Of a stretch of 64,000 bases of DNA, positions 1 to 9,199 are shown one piece after another. The stretch spans positions 1,984,001-2,048,000 of the forward strand of contig CAXXWQ010000003.1 of assembly GCA_963674945.2 (NCBI GenBank), given 5' to 3'. A model generated the notes under the pieces. It worked only from the letters and a program-made list of their open reading frames with translations. It had not been told where the DNA came from and searched no databases. This stretch comes from an uncultured Desulfosarcina sp. (GTDB lineage Bacteria; Desulfobacterota; Desulfobacteria; Desulfobacterales; Desulfosarcinaceae). Within the stretch, counting starts at the first letter, position 1. Each line of letters starts with the position of its first letter. The translations under genes and the position numbers were made by a program.

Positions 1-369
1 AAGCTCCTTGCATTTATACCGCTCGTCAACGGTGGTGGTGATCTCGGCGCTCGCACTGGACGTTCCGCCGGTGATGGTCTCTTCGGCGGCGAAGGTGCCG
101 GTCACGGTCTTGACTTCGATGCTGCCGGAATTGACCTGGACGACAACGCCGGTTGCGCCGGACGTCCCGCCGGTCACGGTTTCGGCTGCCTGAAAGGGAC
201 CGTCGGAGACCGTTCCGTGATTGATTTTAAGCTCCGACTCACTGATCATGCCCAGCACGGCGCCGCGCGCCAATGCCGCCTGGCCCGCAGCGAGCGTAAC
301 CGGTTTCAACTCATGCACATCGCCGGCAACAAGTTGGCTGACAACCTCGGTGTCCAAGTTTTCCGTCAT
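1..369 (-). CDS. Head decoration protein (partial, runs off the window)
   Basis: Translated by eye: MTENLDTEVVSQLVAGDVHELKPVTLAAGQAALARGAVLG...; GAGGAGG RBS; follows the head protease gene. Confidence 0.7.
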   Translation of the reverse strand, partial: MTENLDTEVVSQLVAGDVHELKPVTLAAGQAALARGAVLGMISESELKINHGTVSDGPFQAAETVTGGTSGATGVVVQVNSGSIEVKTVTGTFAAEETITGGTSSASAEITTTVDERYKCKEL

Positions 370-422
370 GACTTCCTCCTTACGATTTCAAATTTCAAAT
401 TTGATATTTCAAATTCCTTCAG

Positions 423-1544
423 CTATCGGTTGGCCCGCTCGCCGATGTCTTTTCCCAGGGCGAATTCCGCATCGGCATCCTTTTGCTTGGCGGACGCACC
501 GGATTTCGTGGCGATCTCCGAGAAGAGGGGATTCTCTCCATCCTCTTTGAACAGTCCCTTGAACCAGTCCAGAGGGCTTTGTTTTTCCTCACCCTCGGCA
601 AATTCGATGGCATCGTCGGCAAGACCCTGCATGAAGGCCACCAGGCCGCTGTCGCGCAGCGCCGGCGAGATGGCGCCGTCGGTTACCTTCCCGTCCACCC
701 ACGAGACGATCTCGGCATCCCTCTGCTTCTTGCCGGCCTTTCGCTGCTTCTCGGCGAACTCGGCTTCGGCATCGGCCTTGGCCTTGGCGGCGGCCTCTTC
801 CTTGGCCTTCTTGATGTCCGTCTCGGAAAACTGTCCGCCGGGTGCGGATGGCATCACATCGATGGACGCATCCGGGTCCTTTTCAAACTTCTTCCAGATC
901 TTGAACGCTTCGAAAAACTCGGAAAACTTCATGGATTCATCCTCCTGTGGTTTGGGTTCGGCGGCCCTTCGCTCCTCGTCGCTGATCTCCCGGATATCCC
1001 ATTCCGGTATGATCGCGTCCGCGCGCTCGGCCCCCTCCGTTTCGATAAAATACTCCCGCATCCGGCGGAACACCTCGGCAATGGCGCCCCACGTCCAGGG
1101 GCGCGGTTCCGAGAATTCGAACTCGGCATCCGCTTCGCCGGAAGCAAAGGTCATGTTTTTCAAACCCTTTACCGCCGGCGGCATGGCGCCCAAAAAACCA
1201 ACGTGGCGCAGCCTTCCGTCGTTGTAGAAGGCGGCGCTTCGCTTTGGGAAACGGCCTTTTTTGACCATGTCCGCAAAGGTCGGCTCGACGTCCTTGAACC
1301 TGGCCAAAAGAACCTTTCGACCTCCGGATGTGTCGACCTTCAACGCATTGACAAGACCATACGCCGGATCATTCTCCTCCGGGTGTCCTACCACCGCCGG
1401 CGGCTCGTGGAATGCGGGATCAAATGTGGATACGGCTTTATCGATCAGGTCATCACCATCGAAAATCTTGCCGCTGCTGGATTTTTGCGTTCCTCCCGCA
1501 AAAATCTCCACCCAATCGTCGAATCCTTTGCGTTTATTTGCCAT
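423..1544 (-). CDS. Mu-like head maturation protease/scaffold (gpI-like)
   Basis: WVEIFAGG, HEPPAVVGHP, RSAAFY, LRHVGFLGAMPPAVKGL motifs; coiled-coil C-terminal part. Confidence 0.85.
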   Translation of the reverse strand: MANKRKGFDDWVEIFAGGTQKSSSGKIFDGDDLIDKAVSTFDPAFHEPPAVVGHPEENDPAYGLVNALKVDTSGGRKVLLARFKDVEPTFADMVKKGRFPKRSAAFYNDGRLRHVGFLGAMPPAVKGLKNMTFASGEADAEFEFSEPRPWTWGAIAEVFRRMREYFIETEGAERADAIIPEWDIREISDEERRAAEPKPQEDESMKFSEFFEAFKIWKKFEKDPDASIDVMPSAPGGQFSETDIKKAKEEAAAKAKADAEAEFAEKQRKAGKKQRDAEIVSWVDGKVTDGAISPALRDSGLVAFMQGLADDAIEFAEGEEKQSPLDWFKGLFKEDGENPLFSEIATKSGASAKQKDADAEFALGKDIGERANR

Positions 1545-1568
1545 TTACGAATCCTTTGCGTTTATTGG

Positions 1569-1670
1569 TTTGGGCCAAACAAAAAGGGGCACGTGTGAGA
1601 GTGTGGCCCCACACGGCCCCTTTTTGCTTCGCTATTGCGTCCGGGGGTGATCAGCCCCCATCGGCCCAAA
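1569..1670 (-). promoter_or_regulatory. Structured leader upstream of the head protease gene
   Basis: Outer stem TTTGGGCC/GGCCCAAA enclosing hairpins GGGGG-CTGATCA-CCCCC and GCAAAAAGGGGC...GCCCCTTTTTGT. Confidence 0.55.
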
Positions 1671-1689
1671 TTTTAAATACGATTAAAGG

Positions 1690-1878
1690 TTACGCACATC
1701 CTATCGTTAACGAAGGTGCCGAAACGTTGCCATCGCCATCGATACAGGTCCTGTTCGCAGGACAATTGGCAAGATCGGCAACCCGCAATACAGGCGACGG
1801 CGTTGGCTTTTTCTCGGCATGCGTTGCCGGCACGGCGAGGAAAAAGATGCAAAGAAATATCGTGATCGCTTTTCTCAT
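1690..1878 (-). CDS. Small exported hypothetical protein
   Basis: Signal-peptide-like N-terminus; GGGGG RBS; abuts the upstream gene. Confidence 0.55.
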   Translation of the reverse strand: MRKAITIFLCIFFLAVPATHAEKKPTPSPVLRVADLANCPANRTCIDGDGNVSAPSLTIGCA

Positions 1879-1887
1879 TATTGCCCC

Positions 1888-2394
1888 CTACTTGCTGAAG
1901 ACAAGGATGACCGTATAATTCGCCGATGCCGTTGCCTGTCCGACGACTCGTAAGGACAATGATCCGGATACCGGTTCATAAATGGGCATGGCCGGACCGA
2001 TTGCCCTTGCCTCGGTTGGGTGAATCAAGTTTGCTCCGGCGCCGAGCAAGACATCCCTCGGCGTCGATGGCGCGATATCGACCGTCTCCGATATTGCGAG
2101 ACTGGATTCCAGGACCTGTACGTCGGCCGTTTCCGGATCGGTTCCGCCCGCCGTCGTCAGCGTTTTGACATCGACGAGGTAATAATTGTTCTTCCTGAGT
2201 ACCTCCAACCAGGTGGAGGGGATTGCCGTGTCAGGCACGCTGCCGTCCGATGCGTCGCCGGTGCAGGCGAAAACGATATGGATATTGTCGCGGCCGACCT
2301 TGACGCCGTTGACATCGACGCTGCCCGCAGCGAACGCCTGGCCGGCAATGAGCAAACAGATCAACATGGTGGCGAAACAAACGAGTTTTTTCAT
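1888..2394 (-). CDS. Exported hypothetical protein
   Basis: Start MKKLVCF... with signal peptide ending AFA; AAGGT RBS. Confidence 0.7.
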   Translation of the reverse strand: MKKLVCFATMLICLLIAGQAFAAGSVDVNGVKVGRDNIHIVFACTGDASDGSVPDTAIPSTWLEVLRKNNYYLVDVKTLTTAGGTDPETADVQVLESSLAISETVDIAPSTPRDVLLGAGANLIHPTEARAIGPAMPIYEPVSGSLSLRVVGQATASANYTVILVFSK

Positions 2395-2434
2395 ACTTGC
2401 ACCTTTTTGCATCGTGTTATAGATTGGCTTTGCA

Positions 2435-2496
2435 GGCATCGGCCGGGCCGCGCACCATAGGCCGTTTGCCGGGCGCTACGGACCGCGCGGGGTCCG
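2435..2496 (-). ncRNA. Candidate kissing-loop/pseudoknot RNA
   Basis: Two hairpins with complementary loops CCGCGC and GCGCGG. Confidence 0.4.
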
Positions 2497-2655
2497 GGAG
2501 CTTCCAACCTCAGACGAATCACATCACATCCGCTTGTCGCAACCGCATTAAAACCGTCTTTAAATCCCTCGATATCGCCCGATCGGCCTCTCTCGCGGGT
2601 ACTGACACGCGATAAACCGAGATCGTCCAGTTTTGGGGCTCTCCGTGCGTCGTTG

Positions 2656-3888
2656 CTACCGGCCATAAATCAAGTGTCCTTTTCGCAAATTTGCCGCCCC
2701 GGTCAGAGAGCCCCGGAAAAAATCCTTGCTCACCAGTTGGCCGTTCATGGTTTCCGCCCACAATCCGAGAACCTTGTTCTTTCCGATCCGAACGGCCTTG
2801 ACGTATTTCCTTCGGATGCCGACGCGACCGGAGACGGCGCTCTTGGCAAACGATACCCAGATCTCGTATGGCTCCTCGATCAGCTCGCGGATCAGCGGAA
2901 AGTATGCGTCCCTTCCGTCCCACCTGGTGTCCGGCTTTTCGACGATGTGATCGACGATGGCCTGGGTGACCATCACGTTTCCGCCGGCCGGGTCGGTCAT
3001 CATGACCTCATCGCCGCCGATGGCCTTGCGCAATGCCGAACGAAGCCCTTCCTCATTTCCTTTTTTCACTGGCTTTCCGAGGCTCGCCTTTGCCACGTCG
3101 ACGGACTCTCCGATCGGTGCGCGCCCATAGTTCTCCGGATGCTTCGGATTCATGTCGATCCACGGTCCTTTATCTTCCGCCAGACGCTTGGCCTGGTCCC
3201 GGCCCCATGCCGCTTCACCCACGTTGTAATCAAAGCCCGGATCGATGCCGTTGGGGATCGTATGCGTCTTGCCCTGCTTGTCGGTCCACTGATAGGTTCC
3301 ATCGTCCGGGGCAGTGTCCGGAGTGCTTTTTCCCATCTTCTCCATATAGCGTCTGCCAACGGCGAACTTCTTGCACTTGCATCCCCAGCCGTTCATTGGT
3401 GTGTGGGTCTGCCACCACGGATCGTCCGACGGCAGCACGAGGCCATCCCAGGATAGATGCGTTTCGCGCGGGTGAATGCTGTCTCCATGCCGGTAAAGGC
3501 TGTACGGATTGAGTTTTTTCAGGGCCGGATCGTTGATCTGTTTTTCCCGCCCGGCGTTGTATGCCTGGCGAAGGTTGGTGTCGTAGATCACCCGTGTGCG
3601 CCACCCACGGCCGCCCTTGTATGACCATCCGTGTTTTTGCACCAGCGCATCGAAGTCTTTGCGGAAATCTGCGATTGTCGTTCCCTTGGAGATGGCCTTG
3701 TCTACGGATGTGCGAAGATCGCAGAGAAGTTCATCCTTCATGGCGCCGGCGATCATGAACCCGCGCGCGTGCATGCCCTGCCATAAGTCGTTCCAGTGTC
3801 GCGTCGGGATATTGACCTTGCCGCGAAAAAACGCGATCGCCTCGTCAAAGGGAAGGCTGGCATATTGCATTTGGGAAGTTACGGTCAC
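2656..3888 (-). CDS. MuF head morphogenesis protein with C-terminal PBECR2-like (BECR-fold) nuclease domain
   Basis: LPFDEAIAFFRGK, IYDTNLRQAYNAGR, PMNGWGCKC, GIDPGFDYNVG, then a C-terminal extension with DHI...GR..Y..LI...IEEPYEIW. Confidence 0.85.
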   Translation of the reverse strand: MTVTSQMQYASLPFDEAIAFFRGKVNIPTRHWNDLWQGMHARGFMIAGAMKDELLCDLRTSVDKAISKGTTIADFRKDFDALVQKHGWSYKGGRGWRTRVIYDTNLRQAYNAGREKQINDPALKKLNPYSLYRHGDSIHPRETHLSWDGLVLPSDDPWWQTHTPMNGWGCKCKKFAVGRRYMEKMGKSTPDTAPDDGTYQWTDKQGKTHTIPNGIDPGFDYNVGEAAWGRDQAKRLAEDKGPWIDMNPKHPENYGRAPIGESVDVAKASLGKPVKKGNEEGLRSALRKAIGGDEVMMTDPAGGNVMVTQAIVDHIVEKPDTRWDGRDAYFPLIRELIEEPYEIWVSFAKSAVSGRVGIRRKYVKAVRIGKNKVLGLWAETMNGQLVSKDFFRGSLTGAANLRKGHLIYGR

Positions 3889-5384
3889 AGATCAATCCCC
3901 TGGGTGATTTCGTGGCGGCCGGCCAGATCGGCGGCGGTCAGGGCCTTTTCCATGATGTTGCCGATGGCGTCCGGCTGCATGTCAGGATACAATTCGATTA
4001 GCCCGTCACGGAACGCCTCCATGGTATCTACGGAATCAAGCAAGTCCCGCACTGGAGAGAGAAGAGAATCCATCGCCGCAGCGCTTTCTTTATCGGCACG
4101 CGCGGCATACCGGTCGGCCGCATCGTCATCCGTCTCGGCGAACGCTCCGCCATTTTCCGGCGTTGCCGTATCGTCGACCGGATCCGGCGCCGCTGTTACG
4201 GTAAAATCGTCCGGCTCGAGGTTATAGGTCCGCTGGTAGTAAACCGGTGTGAAGCGAACGCCCTGGGCTTTCAACTGGGTGTCGCGCTCGGCGCGATCGC
4301 TCTGGACATCGTCTTCTTCGTACCAGGCGAACTCCGGCGGTATGGCGTTGGGAACGTTGAGTACGGAGATCCATCCGAACAACTGGGTGAATGCGCTTTT
4401 CACCATCCGCTTGTCCTTGTCCACGATATCCGCACGCACCTCCAGGTGTCCCTGGGTGGCGGCGTAGGATCCGCCCTTGTCCAGCTCCGTGGACAGGGTC
4501 TGGCCCAACACGGCCTTGGACACCTCCCGGTTGCATGCGGAGATAAGGTTCTCGTAAATATCTGCGGAAGCGGACTTCGAACTGAATTCCAATGCGGTGA
4601 TCGATTCATCATCGTTGATCACGGCCACGGCGTCCTGGACCATCTGGGAAAGAGAGGAGAGCAATCGCCCCCGGTCCCCGTCGTTGGTCGACCGTGGAAC
4701 CTTCCCGATCATCCATGGCATCCCGAATTTCTCGGTGAAGACAGCCCAGAACTGGAATCCACCCTTCTTGAAGGCAACCGGCCAGAAACAGCGTGACAGC
4801 ACCTTTTCCCCATACGGGTTTAGGTATGTGGCATGATGGCGGGGAAGAATAAACTTGCCCGCCGGCAGGATTTCGCCATCGGTTTGGTTCTCCATGGACA
4901 AAAACCGGAGGTCGTTCTCCTCTCCGAACACGAACCACTCGGGCGGTTTGCCCTCCACCTTTTTCGGCAGCCAGTACTTTCCATCGGCGCCCCACGTCAC
5001 CTCGATGGGGCTCATGCCGAAAAACGGCGCGTCGAGCATTTCAACGATGACCTGGTAGGCATCGATGCCGTCCATGAACGCTTCGCAAAGTTCGGCCGCT
5101 GCCTTGTCCGCCTTCGAATCGCCTCCGGGCCGCACTTCCCATTCGCATGACAGCACGCCGGACTTCCGGCTGTCATAGCAGCTCCACACATGGGCATCGG
5201 CCAGCAGCTCGCGATATACCGATACGTCCTGTCCCAGCTTTTCCAGCACCGGGTCCGGATCGGGAAGGTAGCCGAACATGCCCCACCAGTCCATCGACCG
5301 GCTGCGGATGGCGATCTCGGACGACATAACGTCGCGGCCCTTATCGATCTCGATGTATTCGGTTGGAGATGTCCAGAGTTTCAA
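3885..5384 (-). CDS. Portal protein (Mu gp29/DUF935)
   Basis: LPDPDPVL, LDAPFFG, EKFGMPW, SKAVLGQTLST, SYAATQGHLEVR. Confidence 0.92.
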   Translation of the reverse strand: MKLWTSPTEYIEIDKGRDVMSSEIAIRSRSMDWWGMFGYLPDPDPVLEKLGQDVSVYRELLADAHVWSCYDSRKSGVLSCEWEVRPGGDSKADKAAAELCEAFMDGIDAYQVIVEMLDAPFFGMSPIEVTWGADGKYWLPKKVEGKPPEWFVFGEENDLRFLSMENQTDGEILPAGKFILPRHHATYLNPYGEKVLSRCFWPVAFKKGGFQFWAVFTEKFGMPWMIGKVPRSTNDGDRGRLLSSLSQMVQDAVAVINDDESITALEFSSKSASADIYENLISACNREVSKAVLGQTLSTELDKGGSYAATQGHLEVRADIVDKDKRMVKSAFTQLFGWISVLNVPNAIPPEFAWYEEDDVQSDRAERDTQLKAQGVRFTPVYYQRTYNLEPDDFTVTAAPDPVDDTATPENGGAFAETDDDAADRYAARADKESAAAMDSLLSPVRDLLDSVDTMEAFRDGLIELYPDMQPDAIGNIMEKALTAADLAGRHEITQGIDL

Positions 5385-5393
5385 AGAATGCTC

Positions 5394-7040
5394 CTAATAT
5401 GCCGTCAACGGGGGACGGCTGTCGATATAGGGCCGGGCTCTTCCCGTCATCACGCGTCTGGCGCCGGTGATCACCTGCGGCATCGATGCGACCTGGTTGA
5501 GTGCTGCATACTCTCCAAGGGCAAGAGCGATGGCAAAATCTCCATGCCGGTATAGATCCGGATCCTTCAAGTCCTTGCGTTGCACTTTCGGCACCATGGG
5601 AATGCCGTCGATGGATTCGACGGCGCGCAAATCCGATTCGATGGAAACGTCCCTGGGAAGGTCATAAATGCCGTCCTCGAAACCTTTTGTCATCTTTGGC
5701 ATCCACTCCCCGTACCATTTCCGGGACAGGTCGACCTGGTGAACCATGCTCCATCCGAACTCGTCTGCGGTCAGCTCGGCAAGGCCCAGACCTGGGCCTG
5801 TAGCGTCGATGGCAACACCACGGAAATTTGGCAAGGCCCTTAATAGCGACCAAAGGATTTGAATCTGCTGTCCCAGTGGGACATTCTGCATTTCGATGAC
5901 GAACGGAACCCGGCGCATGAGCTGGGAAGTTATGGCGATCGGGGCGATTACTGAAAAATGCCGATGGCGGGCAAAGTCCATTCCGGCCACGTATCTGACC
6001 TGTTGATCAAGCGGTCCGAATAACGGATCCAGGTTGGCCCTGATCCACACTTTACCCCACTTCGTTCGTTCGGCTGCGGAAAGATGCTCGAAGTCATCGT
6101 CGCACACCAATCGTTGCACTGGCCTTACTTGCGGCATCGCCCGCTCAATCCAAACACCGGGAATGCACATCCCGCCAGAATCGCGCGGAATTGCGTCAAG
6201 CTCCTCGCGCATGGCGGCCTTTCTCGGGCCATATGCGTTGCGGATCCGGTTGTACCAGCGCTTTTTCCCTTCTTCCGTGGCAGCCTGGCCCTTCATTAAA
6301 CAAACCCGCTCATACAGACCATTTGCCACAGCGTCATCGAAAGTCACCTTGTAAACAACCGCCTCGGTCTTGTCGCCGTACATACCGTTGTTGATGTCCC
6401 GGATGAGCTGATTAAATGGATTGTCTATCCCATTGTGGGTGGATATGATGCGGATCTTGCCGCCCCAGATCAAAAGGGCTGTTGCCGCGTCAAGGACGCC
6501 TTGCACATCGGCATGGAAGGCCGCCTCGTCGATGACAACGATACCTTGCAGGCCGCGTATGTTTGACGGTCGTGAGGAAAGGGCCACGATCTGGAATCCG
6601 GATGCGAACCGGATCCGGTAGGCGGCGATGTGCTTGGTGTTTCCCTTTTCGTCCTGGTCCTCGAAGAGAAACGCCTCGATATCGGAAATCCCTTGTCCCT
6701 GGGCCTCCATGATGACGCGGGCGAACTTGGCGCAGTAACCGATGAACTCAAGCCCTTTTTCCTTTGTGTCGCCGATATAATACACATTGTCGCCGCCGGC
6801 TTCCTTTCGGGTACCGGCCGTGATGGTATCGTCCAGGGCCTCGCAAAAGGTGATCCCGGTGCGCCGGCCTTTTTCTCCAGCCTTGACGGGGCATTTTATT
6901 TTGATCCACTCCGCCTGGTGTTTCATCAACACGCCTTCGGAAAGCGGATCAAACCCTTCCGGAATATTGCGCACCTTGGCCGGAAGCTCCTCCCAGTCAA
7001 TCGTGCGCTGCGTGTCTTTCAGCGGTGCCAGGGCTGCCAT
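5394..7040 (-). CDS. Terminase large subunit (Mu gp28-like)
   Basis: EKGRRTGIT Walker A-like, VVIDEAAFH Walker B, IISTHNG, GMDFAR, HGDFAIA. Confidence 0.92.
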   Translation of the reverse strand: MAALAPLKDTQRTIDWEELPAKVRNIPEGFDPLSEGVLMKHQAEWIKIKCPVKAGEKGRRTGITFCEALDDTITAGTRKEAGGDNVYYIGDTKEKGLEFIGYCAKFARVIMEAQGQGISDIEAFLFEDQDEKGNTKHIAAYRIRFASGFQIVALSSRPSNIRGLQGIVVIDEAAFHADVQGVLDAATALLIWGGKIRIISTHNGIDNPFNQLIRDINNGMYGDKTEAVVYKVTFDDAVANGLYERVCLMKGQAATEEGKKRWYNRIRNAYGPRKAAMREELDAIPRDSGGMCIPGVWIERAMPQVRPVQRLVCDDDFEHLSAAERTKWGKVWIRANLDPLFGPLDQQVRYVAGMDFARHRHFSVIAPIAITSQLMRRVPFVIEMQNVPLGQQIQILWSLLRALPNFRGVAIDATGPGLGLAELTADEFGWSMVHQVDLSRKWYGEWMPKMTKGFEDGIYDLPRDVSIESDLRAVESIDGIPMVPKVQRKDLKDPDLYRHGDFAIALALGEYAALNQVASMPQVITGARRVMTGRARPYIDSRPPLTAY

Positions 7041-7562
7041 TTAAACCACTCCCAGAACTTTCTCCCGCCAGAACCGGGCCTGATCCTCATCCATGCCTTG
7101 CGCCCTTGCCGCTTCGCCCACGCGATCGGCAGCCTCTTCCAGAACCATCTTGCGAACGTCATTTTTCCATTTTGCCATTTGTATATGTGCGCTCTGAAGC
7201 TTGGCCACATCGGAAATGAGACGGGAATTCTCGGTGATGTCAGCCGTTCCGTCCACGAGTGCCGCCATTACTTTCTGGAGAAGCAACTTGCCGACGGCCT
7301 CTTCCATCGGCATCCCCTCCTCAACTCCGCTTGTTATTGCTTTGGCCTGGTCCTCGAATTGCTTGATGTTCTTGTATGCTTCGAGAAATCGTTTCCCATA
7401 CCGGCCAATGGATGATCTACTGATGTCGTACCCTTTTGATTTAACAAAGGCCGCAACGTCATCATACGTTGTGCCTGGCTCCAGGAGCAGGCGATTGACT
7501 GCTTGACGAATCTCTATGGGAAGATCGGTTTCAACCCGGCTGTTTGTTTTGACCGTAGCCAT
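7041..7562 (-). CDS. DUF3486 / Mu gp27-like terminase small subunit
   Basis: S.VE.LP...R, GYDISRSSIGRYG motif; immediately upstream of terL. Confidence 0.85.
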   Translation of the reverse strand: MATVKTNSRVETDLPIEIRQAVNRLLLEPGTTYDDVAAFVKSKGYDISRSSIGRYGKRFLEAYKNIKQFEDQAKAITSGVEEGMPMEEAVGKLLLQKVMAALVDGTADITENSRLISDVAKLQSAHIQMAKWKNDVRKMVLEEAADRVGEAARAQGMDEDQARFWREKVLGVV

Positions 7563-7811
7563 TTATGCCAGCTCCAGCTCTGTGGTTCGAATTTTCTCTA
7601 AGATGCCGGACAGCTCTTTTTTTTGCCGCGCTGCTTCCCGCAAGTTGACAAGGGCGGAGTCAACATCAATTTCGGAAAGAGGACGGATGTTGGCGCCGGC
7701 CAAAAAATTCTGCGTTGCGCGGATATTGGCTGAAATAGAAGTCTCCAGCTCCATTTTTTTCATTTTAAACTCTGAAAGATGACCCATCAAAATGGCTCTC
7801 TCAATGTTCAT
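7563..7811 (-). CDS. Hypothetical phage protein
   Basis: ORF translationally coupled within the late operon. Confidence 0.7.
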   Translation of the reverse strand: MNIERAILMGHLSEFKMKKMELETSISANIRATQNFLAGANIRPLSEIDVDSALVNLREAARQKKELSGILEKIRTTELELA

Positions 7812-8170
7812 TCGACCGCCCCCTTCTCCCTAACGGCAGGGCAAAACATGTTTTTTTCGATTTTCTCAACCAATTTGGTCTGGGCCTGTGTGTTCAGGGA
7901 AATGACCGACAAGGTTTCGCTGTAAAGGTTCTCAAGGCGGACGTATGTTTTTTCATATGTTTTGACCAACTCGACATTGTTCTCGTACAGATTTTTAATG
8001 GCGGAAACATCTTCCTTGTATTGAGTCAATGTGGCATTGACAGCACGATCTCTGGATTCGTCTTTTCTTTGATCCCTCTTATAATCGAAGAACCAAATGA
8101 TGAAAATCACGCCCGGCAACCCAAGAAGATTTACTACCCATTGCACCAGAGGGGAGCTAATCGTTTCCAA
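7808..8170 (-). CDS. Membrane-anchored phage protein (holin-like/lysis region)
   Basis: One N-terminal TM followed by coiled coil; lysis-cluster position. Confidence 0.6.
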   Translation of the reverse strand: METISSPLVQWVVNLLGLPGVIFIIWFFDYKRDQRKDESRDRAVNATLTQYKEDVSAIKNLYENNVELVKTYEKTYVRLENLYSETLSVISLNTQAQTKLVEKIEKNMFCPAVREKGAVE

Positions 8171-8374
8171 TTATGCCATCCTTTCAAATTCGGTTTGACA
8201 GATGGTGCACCGCGTGCATCCCGGATATGCATCCCGCCGTGCTTTCGGTATTTCTTCTCCGCAATCCTCGCAGTACATGAGTTGCCCTATCCCGACAGGT
8301 CGTAGTTTGTGGTTTTCCATCGCGGCCTGAAAGAGCATGTCGGTCACCTTCAGGCCGCGATCGCCATCGTCCAT
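8171..8374 (-). CDS. TraR/DksA C4-type zinc finger protein
   Basis: CEDCGEEIPKARRDAYPGCTRCTICQ. Confidence 0.9.
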   Translation of the reverse strand: MDDGDRGLKVTDMLFQAAMENHKLRPVGIGQLMYCEDCGEEIPKARRDAYPGCTRCTICQTEFERMA

Positions 8375-8394
8375 GATTATTCCGCTTCTTCGGC

Positions 8395-8574
8395 CTACAC
8401 GCCCAACTTGGCGTTCAGTTGTTCTCTCCGGCTCTTCCGTTCGACAATATACCTCCCGATGGTTTCCGGCGTCAGCTCTATGCCCTGGTACTTTTTCACG
8501 CGATCGATGATGTCATAGATGAGATTCAGGGCGATGGCGGTTTCTACAATCGGCAAATCTTTTGTTTCAGGCAT
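8395..8574 (-). CDS. Hypothetical protein (59 aa, not in ORF track)
   Basis: MPETKDLPIVETAIALNLIY...; AAAGGA RBS; fills the operon gap. Confidence 0.7.
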   Translation of the reverse strand: MPETKDLPIVETAIALNLIYDIIDRVKKYQGIELTPETIGRYIVERKSRREQLNAKLGV

Positions 8575-8595
8575 GGCCTGTCCTTTCGTTTATCG

Positions 8596-9186
8596 TTATT
8601 GCTCAGCGGCTTTTGCAATACTGATCGTAATCTGCCGCAGGTAATCACGAAACAACACCTTGTCCTCCGCCGGTATCTCTCCAAAGGCAGCCCAGTCATC
8701 CAGGATCTTATTTGCCTTGCGAAAATAACCGACGATTTGATGGTTGAGATCCGGATTGGTTTCGATCAGGGTCTGTTGGTAAGGGAGATATAACTCCTGG
8801 GCCTCGATATATGCGTCCTGGGCGTCGGCATAAACCGCAACCGCGATGGTGCCCGGATCGTTGGTTTGCGATTTTATCTGCTCTGTGGCGCTTTGGCCGG
8901 CACATCCCTGCATAAACACCATCAATGGACAGATGGACAGAGCGCAGATTATGATTAGAACGCCAACAGACGCCCGCCCGCTCTGTCCGTTGGTCTGGCT
9001 GCCCAGTGAGACTGCGCCTTTTGTAACGAACCGAAGAATAATGTTGAGTATGGGGACGGCGGCCAGCATCGCCTGATAGAACCCGTCCGGCAAATCCACA
9101 CCTAACGCAGCCATAATCGAAATGGCGGCGAGCACGATGGCATTGAAATTGATTGTTTTAGATTTGATCGCGGACTTTGTTTCCAT
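8596..9186 (-). CDS. Membrane protein, holin-like N-terminus plus lipoprotein-like part
   Basis: KS.IKSKTINFN motif with 2-3 TMs then QGC; follows the endolysin candidate. Confidence 0.6.
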   Translation of the reverse strand: METKSAIKSKTINFNAIVLAAISIMAALGVDLPDGFYQAMLAAVPILNIILRFVTKGAVSLGSQTNGQSGRASVGVLIIICALSICPLMVFMQGCAGQSATEQIKSQTNDPGTIAVAVYADAQDAYIEAQELYLPYQQTLIETNPDLNHQIVGYFRKANKILDDWAAFGEIPAEDKVLFRDYLRQITISIAKAAEQ

Positions 9187-9199
9187 AAGAGAATCCTCC

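Noticed and set aside
217..1598. Long plus-strand ORFs (336 and 371 aa) and similar ones across the prophage
   Set aside because: Antisense shadows of GC-rich minus-strand genes with clear motifs
2391..2666. 91-aa ORF as the MuF immunity protein
   Set aside because: Composition is not protein-like, no clear RBS, and it spans promoter-like and RNA-like structure; not fully excluded
8378..8397. TAG followed by five sense codons and TAA, suggesting stop read-through
   Set aside because: Single case with no supporting recoding signal
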